64,000 nt of DNA from an uncultured Bacteroidales bacterium. Its GTDB lineage: Bacteria; Bacteroidota; Bacteroidia; Bacteroidales; GWA2-32-17. The notes under the pieces are model-generated. The model worked only from the letters and a program-made list of their open reading frames with translations, ran no database searches and was not told where the DNA came from. The first letter of the stretch is position 1; the number at the start of each line of letters is the position of its first letter. The translations under genes and the position numbers were made by a program. The DNA is taken from assembly GCA_937960415.1 (NCBI GenBank), contig CALGPK010000031.1:36119-100118 (forward strand), in the 5' to 3' direction. Shown in pieces: positions 8,529 to 18,060 of the stretch.

Positions 8529-11053
8529 AAAAGAACGGTATCGTAGCTATTATTTTTTTATGGTCAAAAATTTTATTATCGCAAACCGAAATTATTCCAT
8601 ATATTGATTATCAAACACTCGAAAAGTACGAAATAGGAGGAATACAGTTCTCAGGAATCCAATACCTCGACGAAACAGTATTACTTAATATTGCTGGATT
8701 ACAAATAGGAGACAGTATACACATACCCGGTGAAAAAGTTACACAGGCTATACAAAAACTCTGGGATCAGGGACTTTTTTCTAATATCACCGTTTACCTA
8801 ACCAAAACCATTGGCAATACAGCATTTTTAACGTTCGAATTAAAAGAACGACCTCGTTTGAGTAAATTTTCATTTACCGGCATCAAAAAAGGCGAAGCAG
8901 ACGACCTTCGCGAAAAAATTCGTCTTGTTAGAGGGAATCAAGTTACCGATAATATTGTTGCAACAAGTTCATATATCATTAAAAAACATTTCTACGAAAA
9001 AGGATTTTACCATTGTAGAGTAAACGTTAAACAAACTGCCGATACCTCTTTGCCCAATCACGTAATTTTAACCTTCGAAATAGAAAAAGGTAATAAATTC
9101 AAAGTAAGCAACATTCAATTTATCGGACCAAACATATCAAATCATTATAAATTGTACGACTCCTTAAAATCTAAAGAAAAATTTCTTTTTGTTTTCAACC
9201 AGTCACCTTACATCAATCTGCGAAAAGCCATGAAAGAAACCAAGGTAAAAAAGTGGTATCGGATTTTCAAAACATCCAGAATATTTGAAGATAAATTTGC
9301 CGAAGATAAAACAAAAGTTATCGAAAAGCTTAACTCCTTCGGATACCGAGATGCACGCATTACCAAAGATACTATTTTCTTTACCAGCGAAAAAACTGTA
9401 GGAATAAAAGTCTGGTTAGAACCAGGTAATAAGTATTTTATTAGAAACATACGATGGGTAGGAAATTCAAAATATAGTACCGATACTCTTAATTATTTTT
9501 TAGGGATTAAACGAGGTGAAGTATATAACCAAAAATTACTTGATAACCGACTTTTTAACGATCCAAACAGTATTTATTCGTTGTATCAGGACAACGGATA
9601 TTTATTTTCGAACATCATACCAGTTGAAACTCAAATAGTAGACGACTCTATAGATATCGAAATTCGTATATACGAAGGAAAACAAGCTACCGTGAACAAT
9701 ATAAAAATAACAGGCAACACAAAAACAAATGAACACGTTATTCGCAGAGAAATTTATACAAAACCCGGACAACTTTATAGTCGTGCCGATATTATGCGTA
9801 CTATGCGTGAGCTTGCTGCTCTAAACTACTTCGATCCCGAAAAACTTGACGTGAAACCAAACCCCAATCCTGCCGAAGGAACTGTCGATTTAGAATACAT
9901 CGTCGAAGAAAAACCATCCGATCAAATTGAGCTTTCCGGTGGGTGGGGAGGAAGAATGGTTGTAGGTACCGTTGGCGTTGCGTTCAACAACTTTAGTGCA
10001 CGTAATTTTTTCAATAAAAAAGCATGGACTCCACTCCCTTCCGGTGATGGACAACGACTTACCTTACGTGCTCAAACCAATGGCATTTATTATCAGGCCT
10101 ATACTGCTTCGTTTATCGAACCATGGTTAGGAGGAAGAAAACCCAATTCGCTACAAATTTCTACATACTACACTGTACAATCTAATGGTATATCGAAAAA
10201 AGATAATAACCACCAATCTATGAACATACTTGGAATTTCTACAGGTATAGGAAGAAGACTTAAATGGCCCGACGATTATTTTACCTTATACAATGAATTG
10301 AGCTATCAAAACTATATTCTCAACAATTATAAATACGGATATCTTTTTAGCTTCTCCGACGGAAATAGTAACAATCTGAGTTTCAGAACAATCTTTGGTC
10401 GTAGTTCTATCGATCAACCTATTTACCCACGAAGAGGTTCAGACATTTCTGTAAGCTTACAATTAACCCCACCCTACTCTCTTTTAAATCATAAAGACTA
10501 TACAAAACTAACTGATAAAGAAAAATATAAGTGGATAGAATATCATAAATGGTCATTTCGTTCATCATTCATTACAAGATTGGCAGGAGATTTGATATTA
10601 AATTCAAGAATTGAATTTGGATTTTTAGCTATGTACAACAAAGATTACGGATTTTCACCATTCGAAGGATTCAACATGGGAGGCGACGGACTCATTACTT
10701 ATAATTTATATGGTAAAGAAACTATTGCGCTGAGAGGCTATGGCAATGGGTCGCTCACTCCACTCAAAGGAGGCAATGTTTATAATAAATACAGCTTCGA
10801 AATTCGTTATCCTTTATCGTTAAATCCTAATGCAACATTTTACGTACTTGCCTTCACCGAAGGTGGAAATTGCTTCACCAACTTCAACGAATTCAAACCC
10901 TTCAAACTCAAACGCTCGGCAGGCGTTGGTATCCGCATCTTCCTGCCCATGTTCGGACGCCTTGGTGTTGACTGGGGATATGGTTTCGACGAACCCGTTA
11001 TACCCGGCGAAAACAAAAGTCAATTCCATTTTATTATCGGACAAAATTTCTAA
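8525..11053 (+). CDS. bamA: Outer membrane protein assembly factor BamA
   Basis: 842 aa. Repeated POTRA units (e.g. VNNIKITGNTKTNEHVIRREI) followed by an Omp85 barrel ending GQNF. Start overlaps the uppS stop. Confidence 0.9.
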   Translation: MKKNGIVAIIFLWSKILLSQTEIIPYIDYQTLEKYEIGGIQFSGIQYLDETVLLNIAGLQIGDSIHIPGEKVTQAIQKLWDQGLFSNITVYLTKTIGNTAFLTFELKERPRLSKFSFTGIKKGEADDLREKIRLVRGNQVTDNIVATSSYIIKKHFYEKGFYHCRVNVKQTADTSLPNHVILTFEIEKGNKFKVSNIQFIGPNISNHYKLYDSLKSKEKFLFVFNQSPYINLRKAMKETKVKKWYRIFKTSRIFEDKFAEDKTKVIEKLNSFGYRDARITKDTIFFTSEKTVGIKVWLEPGNKYFIRNIRWVGNSKYSTDTLNYFLGIKRGEVYNQKLLDNRLFNDPNSIYSLYQDNGYLFSNIIPVETQIVDDSIDIEIRIYEGKQATVNNIKITGNTKTNEHVIRREIYTKPGQLYSRADIMRTMRELAALNYFDPEKLDVKPNPNPAEGTVDLEYIVEEKPSDQIELSGGWGGRMVVGTVGVAFNNFSARNFFNKKAWTPLPSGDGQRLTLRAQTNGIYYQAYTASFIEPWLGGRKPNSLQISTYYTVQSNGISKKDNNHQSMNILGISTGIGRRLKWPDDYFTLYNELSYQNYILNNYKYGYLFSFSDGNSNNLSFRTIFGRSSIDQPIYPRRGSDISVSLQLTPPYSLLNHKDYTKLTDKEKYKWIEYHKWSFRSSFITRLAGDLILNSRIEFGFLAMYNKDYGFSPFEGFNMGGDGLITYNLYGKETIALRGYGNGSLTPLKGGNVYNKYSFEIRYPLSLNPNATFYVLAFTEGGNCFTNFNEFKPFKLKRSAGVGIRIFLPMFGRLGVDWGYGFDEPVIPGENKSQFHFIIGQNF

Positions 11054-11062
11054 TCTTAAAAT

Positions 11063-11590
11063 ATGAGAACTATGAAAAAGAACGTATTAACCCTAATGAT
11101 GTTAAGCTTTATAGCCATCATCAGTGTAGCACAACAAAAAATTGGCTACGTCGATACCGACTACATTTTAAAAAATATTCCTTCGTATCAAGCTGCACAA
11201 GCACAATTAGACAAAATTTCGGCCGATTGGCAAAAAGAAATTGAAAATATCTACGCACAAGTAGACAAAATGTATCGCGACTTTCAGGCCGAAAAAGTGC
11301 TACTTACCGAAGAAATGAAAATTAAACGCGAAAACGAAATTATAGCCAAAGAAAAAGAAGCTAAAGACCTTCAGCGTAAGTACTTTGGTAAAGATGGTGA
11401 ACTATTTAAAAAACGTACAGAACTCATTAAACCCATTCAAGATGATGTTTTTAATGCCATTAAGGATATTGCCATTCAAGGCAATTATGCCCTAATATTT
11501 GATGTAGCAGGTAACTCCAATATGTTATATACCGATCCTAAACTCGATCGTAGCGATGATGTACTCAAAAAATTAGGATATAAAAATTAA
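11063..11590 (+). CDS. OmpH/Skp family periplasmic chaperone
   Basis: Signal peptide, IGYVDTDYILKNIPSYQAAQ, then a K/E-rich coiled region. Canonical position after bamA. Confidence 0.8.
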   Translation: MRTMKKNVLTLMMLSFIAIISVAQQKIGYVDTDYILKNIPSYQAAQAQLDKISADWQKEIENIYAQVDKMYRDFQAEKVLLTEEMKIKRENEIIAKEKEAKDLQRKYFGKDGELFKKRTELIKPIQDDVFNAIKDIAIQGNYALIFDVAGNSNMLYTDPKLDRSDDVLKKLGYKN

Positions 11591-11595
11591 ATAAC

Positions 11596-11603
11596 TATCT
11601 TTG
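11596..11603 (+). promoter_or_regulatory. Candidate -7 box TATCTTTG upstream of the second ompH
   Basis: Exact match to TAnnTTTG about 20 nt upstream of the 11623 start. No clear -33 box seen. Confidence 0.35.
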
Positions 11604-11622
11604 CATAAAATTTTAAAATTAA

Positions 11623-12138
11623 ATGTGTATGAAAAAAATTTGGTTAGTTTTAATTGTTTTGTCAATTGCATTCACCAGTAATGCACAGCAAAAGCTTAAA
11701 TTCGGTCATCTAAATTCCAATGATTTATTGGACGCTATGCCCGACAAGTCTGCTGCTCAAAAAACGCTGGTAGATTTCTCAAAACAACTCGAAGATCAAC
11801 TACTTGCCATGCAAGAAGAACTCGAAAAAAAATACAACGAATATCTCGAGAAAAAAGATAATATGACTGACTTAGTTAAGAAAAGTAAAGAGGAAGAACT
11901 AATGAGCTTACAACAACGTATTCAAACTTTTCAAACCAATGCTCAACAAGAATTACAGAAAAAAGAACAAGAACTCCTGAAGCCCATTATCGACAAAGCC
12001 AAAAAAGCTATCGAAGATGTTTGCAAAGAAAATGGTTATACCTATGTTTTCGACACTAGTACTGGAGCTTTGCTTTACTATCCAAAAGATAGTGACGACA
12101 TTCTCCCACTGGTGAAAAAGAAACTTGGTATAAAATAA
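11623..12138 (+). CDS. OmpH/Skp family periplasmic chaperone (second copy)
   Basis: Signal peptide, LKFGHLNSNDLLDAMPDKSAAQ, coiled K/E/Q-rich middle. Confidence 0.8.
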   Translation: MCMKKIWLVLIVLSIAFTSNAQQKLKFGHLNSNDLLDAMPDKSAAQKTLVDFSKQLEDQLLAMQEELEKKYNEYLEKKDNMTDLVKKSKEEELMSLQQRIQTFQTNAQQELQKKEQELLKPIIDKAKKAIEDVCKENGYTYVFDTSTGALLYYPKDSDDILPLVKKKLGIK

Positions 12139-12160
12139 GCTATTAACCTTAAATACATCA

Positions 12161-12190
12161 AAAAAATACGCTTTTGAGCGTATTTTTTTT
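12161..12190 (+). terminator. Rho-independent terminator after the ompH pair
   Basis: Stem AATACGCT (12165-12172) / AGCGTATT (12177-12184), 4-nt loop, followed by a T-run to 12190. Confidence 0.7.
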
Positions 12191-12200
12191 GTAAAAAAAT

Positions 12201-12229
12201 TTTGATAATTCATTTTTTTTGTATCTTTG
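12201..12229 (+). promoter_or_regulatory. Bacteroidota-type promoter for tRNA-Phe
   Basis: TTTG at 12201-12204 and TATCTTTG at 12222-12229 (17-nt spacer), 19 nt upstream of the tRNA 5' end. Confidence 0.5.
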
Positions 12230-12247
12230 CACTCACAAAAATTTAAT

Positions 12248-12320
<73 letters not shown>

Positions 12321-12324
12321 CAAG

Positions 12325-12346
12325 CCCCGTTAAAGCGGGGATTTTT
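12325..12346 (+). terminator. Small terminator hairpin after tRNA-Phe
   Basis: CCCCG (12325-12329) / CGGGG (12336-12340), 6-nt loop, followed by ATTTTT. Confidence 0.5.
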
Positions 12347-12370
12347 CATTAACTAACAAAAATATAAGTT

Positions 12371-12889
12371 ATGCCAGTAAAAATCAGATTAGCAAGACAT
12401 GGAAAGAAAAAACGTCCCTTCTACCACATTGTAGTTGCGGACAGCAGGGCGCCACGTGATGGCCGGTTTATAGAAAAAATTGGCACTTACAATCCTATCA
12501 CTAACCCTGCAACTATCAACATCGATTTTGATAAAGCTTTAGATTGGCTTCAAAAAGGAGCTATCCCCACCGAAACCTGTCGTGCTATACTTAGCTATAC
12601 CGGCGTATTGTACATGAAACATTTATTAGGTGGTGTTAAAAAAGGAGCCTTCGACGAAGCTACCGCTAAAGCCAAATTCGAAGAATGGAAGCAAAACAAA
12701 ATTCGCAAAATCGAAGAAAAGAAAAATCGTATTATCAAAGCTCATAACGAAGAACAACGTAAAAAATTAGAAGAAGAAGCTAAAGTTCGTGAAAAACGCG
12801 AAAAATTCATAGCCGAAAAACGAGCTAAAGCACTCGAAAAAGAACAAGAAAACAACTCCGAAGAACAAACTCACACCGAAAATGCATAG
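12371..12889 (+). CDS. rpsP: 30S ribosomal protein S16 (long form with K/E-rich C-terminal extension)
   Basis: [42 protein letters not shown]. Confidence 0.95.
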   Translation: MPVKIRLARHGKKKRPFYHIVVADSRAPRDGRFIEKIGTYNPITNPATINIDFDKALDWLQKGAIPTETCRAILSYTGVLYMKHLLGGVKKGAFDEATAKAKFEEWKQNKIRKIEEKKNRIIKAHNEEQRKKLEEEAKVREKREKFIAEKRAKALEKEQENNSEEQTHTENA

Positions 12890-12891
12890 CC

Positions 12892-13401
12892 ATGATTTGC
12901 TTTAATAGCAAAAAAGCTGGCTATGTAAAAAAAACACATGGTACAAAAGGTGAGCTTGTTATTACATTAGATTATTTTATTACCGATGACTTCTATTTAG
13001 AAAAATGGGTATTCCTAAAACACGAAGGAATGCTCATTCCTTTTTCTATTGAACATTATAAAATTATCGATCATCAAAGTTTAATAATTGAATTTTCTCA
13101 AATAAACAATATAGACGATGCAAAAAAATTTATCGATAGCGAATTTTTTGTTGAAAAAACATTAAAGTGGCTAAAAAAAGCTGAAAAAAGAAATGTTGTT
13201 GGCTTTTCGATATTCGATAACCATCATCATCTACTGGGAATAATAACAGAAATCATTCCTATTAAAAACAATCCCATTGTACAAGTTGAAAATGAAAAAC
13301 AAAAATTTCTTGTACCATTTAACGATCAAATTATAAGTGACATTGACCATAAAAATCGACAAGTATTTCTAAAATTATCCAAAAATGAACTCATCGCTTG
13401 A
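12892..13401 (+). CDS. rimM: 16S rRNA processing protein RimM
   Basis: GYVKKTHGTKGELVI N-terminal motif, PRC-barrel-like C-terminal half. Position immediately after rpsP. Confidence 0.8.
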   Translation: MICFNSKKAGYVKKTHGTKGELVITLDYFITDDFYLEKWVFLKHEGMLIPFSIEHYKIIDHQSLIIEFSQINNIDDAKKFIDSEFFVEKTLKWLKKAEKRNVVGFSIFDNHHHLLGIITEIIPIKNNPIVQVENEKQKFLVPFNDQIISDIDHKNRQVFLKLSKNELIA

Positions 13402-13954
13402 TGAAGAAAAAAAATACTTCAGAAAATTAGTAAAACAAAACAAATCGGTTTATAGTTTTTCTGAGCTATCTAAAAAGTCTGCAATTATTCTCGCAAAATT
13501 AAGTTCCATTGAAGAAATAAAACGTGCTCAAACTATTTTATCGTATTGGTCGCTTGACGATGAAGTACATATATGCAACTGGAATATAGAACAATATCGT
13601 AAAGGGAAAACCATTTTGTTGCCAACAGTAGATGGAAACGATTTAATTATTCGACATTTTGAAGGTGAAGACTCACTTGTCGAACAACCCCCATTTGGCA
13701 TAAAAGAGCCGGTAGGAAAAATAGTTGATAACATTCAGCAAATAGAAATTGTTATTGTACCAGGTCTGGCTTTCGATATTCAGTTTAATCGACTCGGTAG
13801 AGGTAAAGGATATTACGACCGATTTCTAAAAAAAATAAAGTGCCTAAAAATAGGCACTTGCTTCGACTTTCAGTTATTTGATCGTATTCCACATAACGAA
13901 TATGATATTAAAATGGATATCATCGTTTGCGAAAGCAAAATTTTAAGTCATTAA
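13385..13954 (+). CDS. 5-formyltetrahydrofolate cyclo-ligase
   Basis: VIVPGLAFDIQFNRLGRGKGYYDRFL is the signature of the MTHFS family. Confidence 0.85.
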   Translation: MNSSLDEEKKYFRKLVKQNKSVYSFSELSKKSAIILAKLSSIEEIKRAQTILSYWSLDDEVHICNWNIEQYRKGKTILLPTVDGNDLIIRHFEGEDSLVEQPPFGIKEPVGKIVDNIQQIEIVIVPGLAFDIQFNRLGRGKGYYDRFLKKIKCLKIGTCFDFQLFDRIPHNEYDIKMDIIVCESKILSH

Positions 13955-14316
13955 GTAGGTATTACAAAAGGTTGATTGCAGCCACCTTTTGAACAAGCAC
14001 GTATAACTGTAATTTTTGCAGTTTGTCCTTTTTTAGCCGTAACTTTAACTTTTAATTTGCGTTCCCACACTCCAGGTTCTGATTCCTTCCAATCGGTTGC
14101 ACTTAAAATTTTAATCCCCTCCGCATCAAACTTCGTATTTTTAATATCAACATTACAATTGCGATGAGTTAATGTTATTTGTACTTTTATAATTAACTCT
14201 TCGTTTGTTTTGTATTTAGACTTTTCTTTGCCATCTATAGTTATTATGGGTTCGCAAGCAAACAAACGAACAAGTCCAATAGCAAACAATAATGATAGAA
14301 AAACTATTTTTTTCAT
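13951..14316 (-). CDS. Hypothetical small lipoprotein (121 aa)
   Basis: Signal peptide with a lipobox-like LFAC. Four Cys in total. No family recognised by eye. Confidence 0.5.
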   Translation of the reverse strand: MKKIVFLSLLFAIGLVRLFACEPIITIDGKEKSKYKTNEELIIKVQITLTHRNCNVDIKNTKFDAEGIKILSATDWKESEPGVWERKLKVKVTAKKGQTAKITVIRACSKGGCNQPFVIPT

Positions 14317-14414
14317 ATAAACTATACTTTTAGTTAATAATCATTTTAAATGTTTTAGCACTATTATTAATTAAGTTGTTGAATTTTCTTTTTTTCATAA
14401 AATCTTCATTAAAC

Positions 14415-14795
14415 CTAAACTGTACTGACTACCATTACATTTTGTTTGAAAAGCTTACCAATCATTTGTTTTAAATGCCATCTGCAATTTAATTCTGTAG
14501 ATAAAAGACTTTTCCAAATAATACTTACTTTGCAAACAACATTAAAGGTTTTTATTAATAGAAACTTCACTGTATTAAAAAAATTACCATTTGCTTGAAA
14601 ATTAATGTAATAACATTTGATGCATTGCCTACAATAATCTCCTACCATGCTATACTTTGTATCATCATATTTATAATAAGCAAAAGCATTTATCCACTTT
14701 TGTTCAACCAAGTATGCTAAACACGATTTATCATCAGGACATTGATCACGAAATTCAAAAGTTGTTAAGCTTCCTAACTTTCTTTTTCTTTCCAC
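14415..14795 (-). pseudogene. Decayed and truncated IS1595-family transposase remnant (N-terminal zinc-ribbon/HTH part only)
   Basis: FEFRDQCPDDKSCLAYLVEQKW...YCRQCIKC...NGNFFNTVKFLL...WHLKQMIGKLFKQ follows the IS1595 N-terminal pattern. The first Cys pair is lost, the start is GTG, and no DDE domain follows in any frame. Confidence 0.5.
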
Positions 14796-14944
14796 GAAAC
14801 AATTTTTGGCAGCTAAAATAATAATTTCATCTGTATTTATTAAATACCTGTTTCAAACAATATTATTGTTATATTTTGCAAAGTTCTCAAAAATAAAAAC
14901 ATCGAATTATACTAAGTTTACGTCAATTGTTTAAAAAATGCCAT

Positions 14945-15595
14945 TTATTGTCCAAAAACAAATTGTATGATGTTTGCCCCCATTTGAAGTGCTTCTATAT
15001 GTTTTTCGTAAGGATCGTTGTGCACATCAGGATCTTCCCAACCATCGCCTAAATCGGTTTCGTACGAAAAAAAACAAACCAAACGACCTTCGTATATCAA
15101 TCCAAAGCCCTGTGGTGGTTTCCCATCATGTTCGTGAATTTTGGGTAAACCACGCAAAAATTTGAACTTCTGATGATAAATAGGATGCGAAAAGGGTAAT
15201 TCAATAAAATCTAACTCCGGAAAAACTTTTTTCATTTCTCGAACAGCAAATTCTTTCAATCCGTAATTGTCGTCGATATGTAAAAAACCACCACCAATTA
15301 AATAATTTCGTAAATTCATAGCTTCCTGTGCAGAAAAAACAACATTTCCATGTCCTGTCATATGAACAAACGGATAATTAAAAATATCGGGACTACCTGG
15401 TTCAACCACTGCTGGTTCCGGAAAAATATTTGTTCCTAGTTCTTTATTACAAAACTTAATTAAATTGGGTAACGAAGTGGGATTTGCATACCAATCGCCT
15501 CCACCAGAATATTTTAGTAGAGCAATCTTTACAGAGCTTTGACTAAACATCGTTAGAACTATTATAGAAAATGCTATAAAAATTTTCCATCTCAT
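14945..15595 (-). CDS. DUF4159 domain-containing secreted protein
   Basis: Signal peptide. IALLKYSGGGDWYANPTSLPNL, YPFVHMTGHGNVVFS, GGFLHIDDNYG. Start overlaps the upstream M14 stop by 4 nt. Confidence 0.7.
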   Translation of the reverse strand: MRWKIFIAFSIIVLTMFSQSSVKIALLKYSGGGDWYANPTSLPNLIKFCNKELGTNIFPEPAVVEPGSPDIFNYPFVHMTGHGNVVFSAQEAMNLRNYLIGGGFLHIDDNYGLKEFAVREMKKVFPELDFIELPFSHPIYHQKFKFLRGLPKIHEHDGKPPQGFGLIYEGRLVCFFSYETDLGDGWEDPDVHNDPYEKHIEALQMGANIIQFVFGQ

Positions 15596-17982
15596 TGTTC
15601 TATAATAATTTTAATAGGGTTGCTAATTGAATTCTGACTAATTAATCTACACCAATAAACTCCAGATGGCAAATCAAGATTCAACAAAAGCTCTGATTTA
15701 TAAGCATCCAGCGGTATAAATCTTTCAATATTATTTAAAACATTTGTAATATATAACATCGTATTTTTTTCATTTTCGGGCACATAATATTGAATTAATA
15801 TATTACCATTCGATGGATTGGGAGTTAACATCAATGTCGATGGTTGATGAAATAATGCAATGTTTGAAGACAAAGGTTGTATAACTTGTATTTTCAAGTC
15901 GTCAAAATAAAAACCATCGTTTTGCATAGTATAAGAAAAAGTACTCTGCAACTTAAAACGTATTTTCAAGTTCTGCATTCCCAAATAATCATTCAAAACA
16001 ATACGTTCCTGAACCCAATGATTGCGAATGCCTTCGTATATTGGCTGCTGATAAGTGTTTGAAAGAAACGAAGGACGTGTATGTTTTCCGCATAACGGCT
16101 GCCATGTCGATCCATTGTTAGTTGATATCTGTATTTGAACATAATCGGCCAGAGGTTCTATATCCCACTTACACCAATACGATAATTCGGCATATAGAGC
16201 ATTTTGCAGCGAAAAACTATTGGTAAGAGTAATTGTTCGTGAAGTGTTTTCGGGATAATTGCCATTGGGTGAATCGGTAATGCTCTTTGGTGGAGAAAAA
16301 TATGATGACGAAGTAGTATTCCACGTTGTTGATGTCCAGTTGTTCATAGTGCTTCCGTCGTCTTCAATCAACGATATCGGTAAACCACATACCATTGAAA
16401 AAGTATCGGTATAATAATAACCCAAAGAAGTTTCTACTTTAAAACAATATCTAAGTTCCTTACCCCATGCCTGAGCATCATTAAGTAGTACAGTAAAGGA
16501 ATCTAAATGTGTTTGCAAAAATGAAATATTACTGTATGTTTGTTGAAATTGCGTGGATTGTAATTCGCTGCTTATAGGCACAAACGTAACAACAAAAGTT
16601 GAAGGATTCACCATACCTATATTTTTCATCGAAATTCTTAATTTTTGATTATTGATTATAAATCGCTGGGTTGGTTCTTGAATCATTAAATAAGGTAGAG
16701 AAAAACACATAAAATACATATTCATATCCATAAATGAACGAGCTATTTCCTCTATTCTATAAGATGCAGGATAAAATCCATCGTTAACATTACCTGCTTC
16801 GGGCGACCAAGCAAATATCTTGGGTTTGGTTGATTGTTCGCCATAATACCAATCCATCGAACCACCGTTGGCATTATATCCTATAGCTTCCATCGGTGTT
16901 CCAAAGAAAAATCCATTGGTTTCAGTAAGTATTTGGCTCCATGCTTGATACGTATTGTTATCGGGGGTTACCAAATTGGTGTAGCTCCACGGGTATAGCA
17001 AAACATTGCTATAACAATGATAATCCATTACCATAGCAAATTGCTTTTGTTCGACAAAAGCTTTTATAGCTTGTGTTTCGGGTTCGGAAAAAGGACCTGT
17101 CCCCCGATACGTCTCAGATTCAATGTCGGGCGAAGAGCCTGAATTGTCGTAACCCCACATATAGCCATAATTGCGATTCAAATCGATGCCAAAATTGGAT
17201 GCTCCAGTCTGTCGGCAATTTTTTCGATGCAAGCCTCCACCATTCGGATTTGTCTGATTATTAAACACATAGCCATCGGGATTCACACATGGAACGAAAA
17301 ATATCTCAAGATTATTAAGCAGATATTGAATGGAAGGATTGGTCGTATAATTCTCGAGCAAATAGTATATTAAAAAAAACAACTGCTGCATTCCCATTGG
17401 TTCTCTGGCATGATTTAAAGCCACAAACAAAATGCGAGGCTCATTTTCTGTAATATCTGGGTTGTCAGATATTTTTATTGCCCAAATAGTCCTGCCTTCA
17501 ATGGAAAGAGGAGACAATGCCATTTTTGTCGAAACAAGCTGAGGAAACTTTATTCTCAAGCTGTCTAATTCGTTTACTATCTCATCATACGAGAAATATC
17601 CACCTACTGAACCGAGCTTAAAATTATTGGGAGTAGAATATTTTTCTGAACAAACATTTTTTACGGCTTTTTTTTTAAGAGTATCGGATATAGCACGATT
17701 ACGATCTTCGTAAAATTTTGACATATCCATAATGAGAACCTCAATATTAAAACCTTGTTTTTTAATTTTTTCTAAATCAGTTTCCGAAAATTCACCAATT
17801 ATGTATTCATATTTCTTAACATAAACACCATCAAGCGGAATACCTATTGAACCCAATTGATGCAAATCATCCGACGAAGTAATCAATATTTTTGCTTTAT
17901 GATATTTAACCTGTTGACTTAAAACAACATCATGGCTATAAAATATCAAAAAAATAATACAAAGAAGAAATAAACTTCGCAT
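15592..17982 (-). CDS. M14 family zinc carboxypeptidase with T9SS type-A C-terminal sorting domain
   Basis: 796 aa with signal peptide. Zn-ligand region LNHAREPMG, DLNRNYGY. C-terminal LTPNPSNGNILIQYY...LPSGVYWCRLIS...IKIIIEQ. Confidence 0.8.
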   Translation of the reverse strand: MRSLFLLCIIFLIFYSHDVVLSQQVKYHKAKILITSSDDLHQLGSIGIPLDGVYVKKYEYIIGEFSETDLEKIKKQGFNIEVLIMDMSKFYEDRNRAISDTLKKKAVKNVCSEKYSTPNNFKLGSVGGYFSYDEIVNELDSLRIKFPQLVSTKMALSPLSIEGRTIWAIKISDNPDITENEPRILFVALNHAREPMGMQQLFFLIYYLLENYTTNPSIQYLLNNLEIFFVPCVNPDGYVFNNQTNPNGGGLHRKNCRQTGASNFGIDLNRNYGYMWGYDNSGSSPDIESETYRGTGPFSEPETQAIKAFVEQKQFAMVMDYHCYSNVLLYPWSYTNLVTPDNNTYQAWSQILTETNGFFFGTPMEAIGYNANGGSMDWYYGEQSTKPKIFAWSPEAGNVNDGFYPASYRIEEIARSFMDMNMYFMCFSLPYLMIQEPTQRFIINNQKLRISMKNIGMVNPSTFVVTFVPISSELQSTQFQQTYSNISFLQTHLDSFTVLLNDAQAWGKELRYCFKVETSLGYYYTDTFSMVCGLPISLIEDDGSTMNNWTSTTWNTTSSSYFSPPKSITDSPNGNYPENTSRTITLTNSFSLQNALYAELSYWCKWDIEPLADYVQIQISTNNGSTWQPLCGKHTRPSFLSNTYQQPIYEGIRNHWVQERIVLNDYLGMQNLKIRFKLQSTFSYTMQNDGFYFDDLKIQVIQPLSSNIALFHQPSTLMLTPNPSNGNILIQYYVPENEKNTMLYITNVLNNIERFIPLDAYKSELLLNLDLPSGVYWCRLISQNSISNPIKIIIEQ

Positions 17983-18060
17983 AATTGATATTTTGCATAA
18001 AAATAGAAAATGTTTCTCGCAAAACGAAGGTATTTTTTCGATAACTTTGTAAAAAATTTT

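Noticed and set aside
12640-12889. A K/E-rich low-complexity tail on ribosomal protein S16. It could look like a fused extra gene or a repeat.
   Set aside because: As I recall, long S16 proteins with charged C-terminal extensions are a general feature of Bacteroidota. The frame is continuous with rpsP.
13951-13954. Convergent gene pairs whose stop codons overlap within 4 nt (TTAA/TTAG). This also occurs at 1622-1625 and 55538-55541. An 8-nt overlap occurs at 51658-51665.
   Set aside because: TTAA and TTAG read as stop codons on both strands. Such overlaps are expected by chance in a compact AT-rich genome. I see no associated structure.
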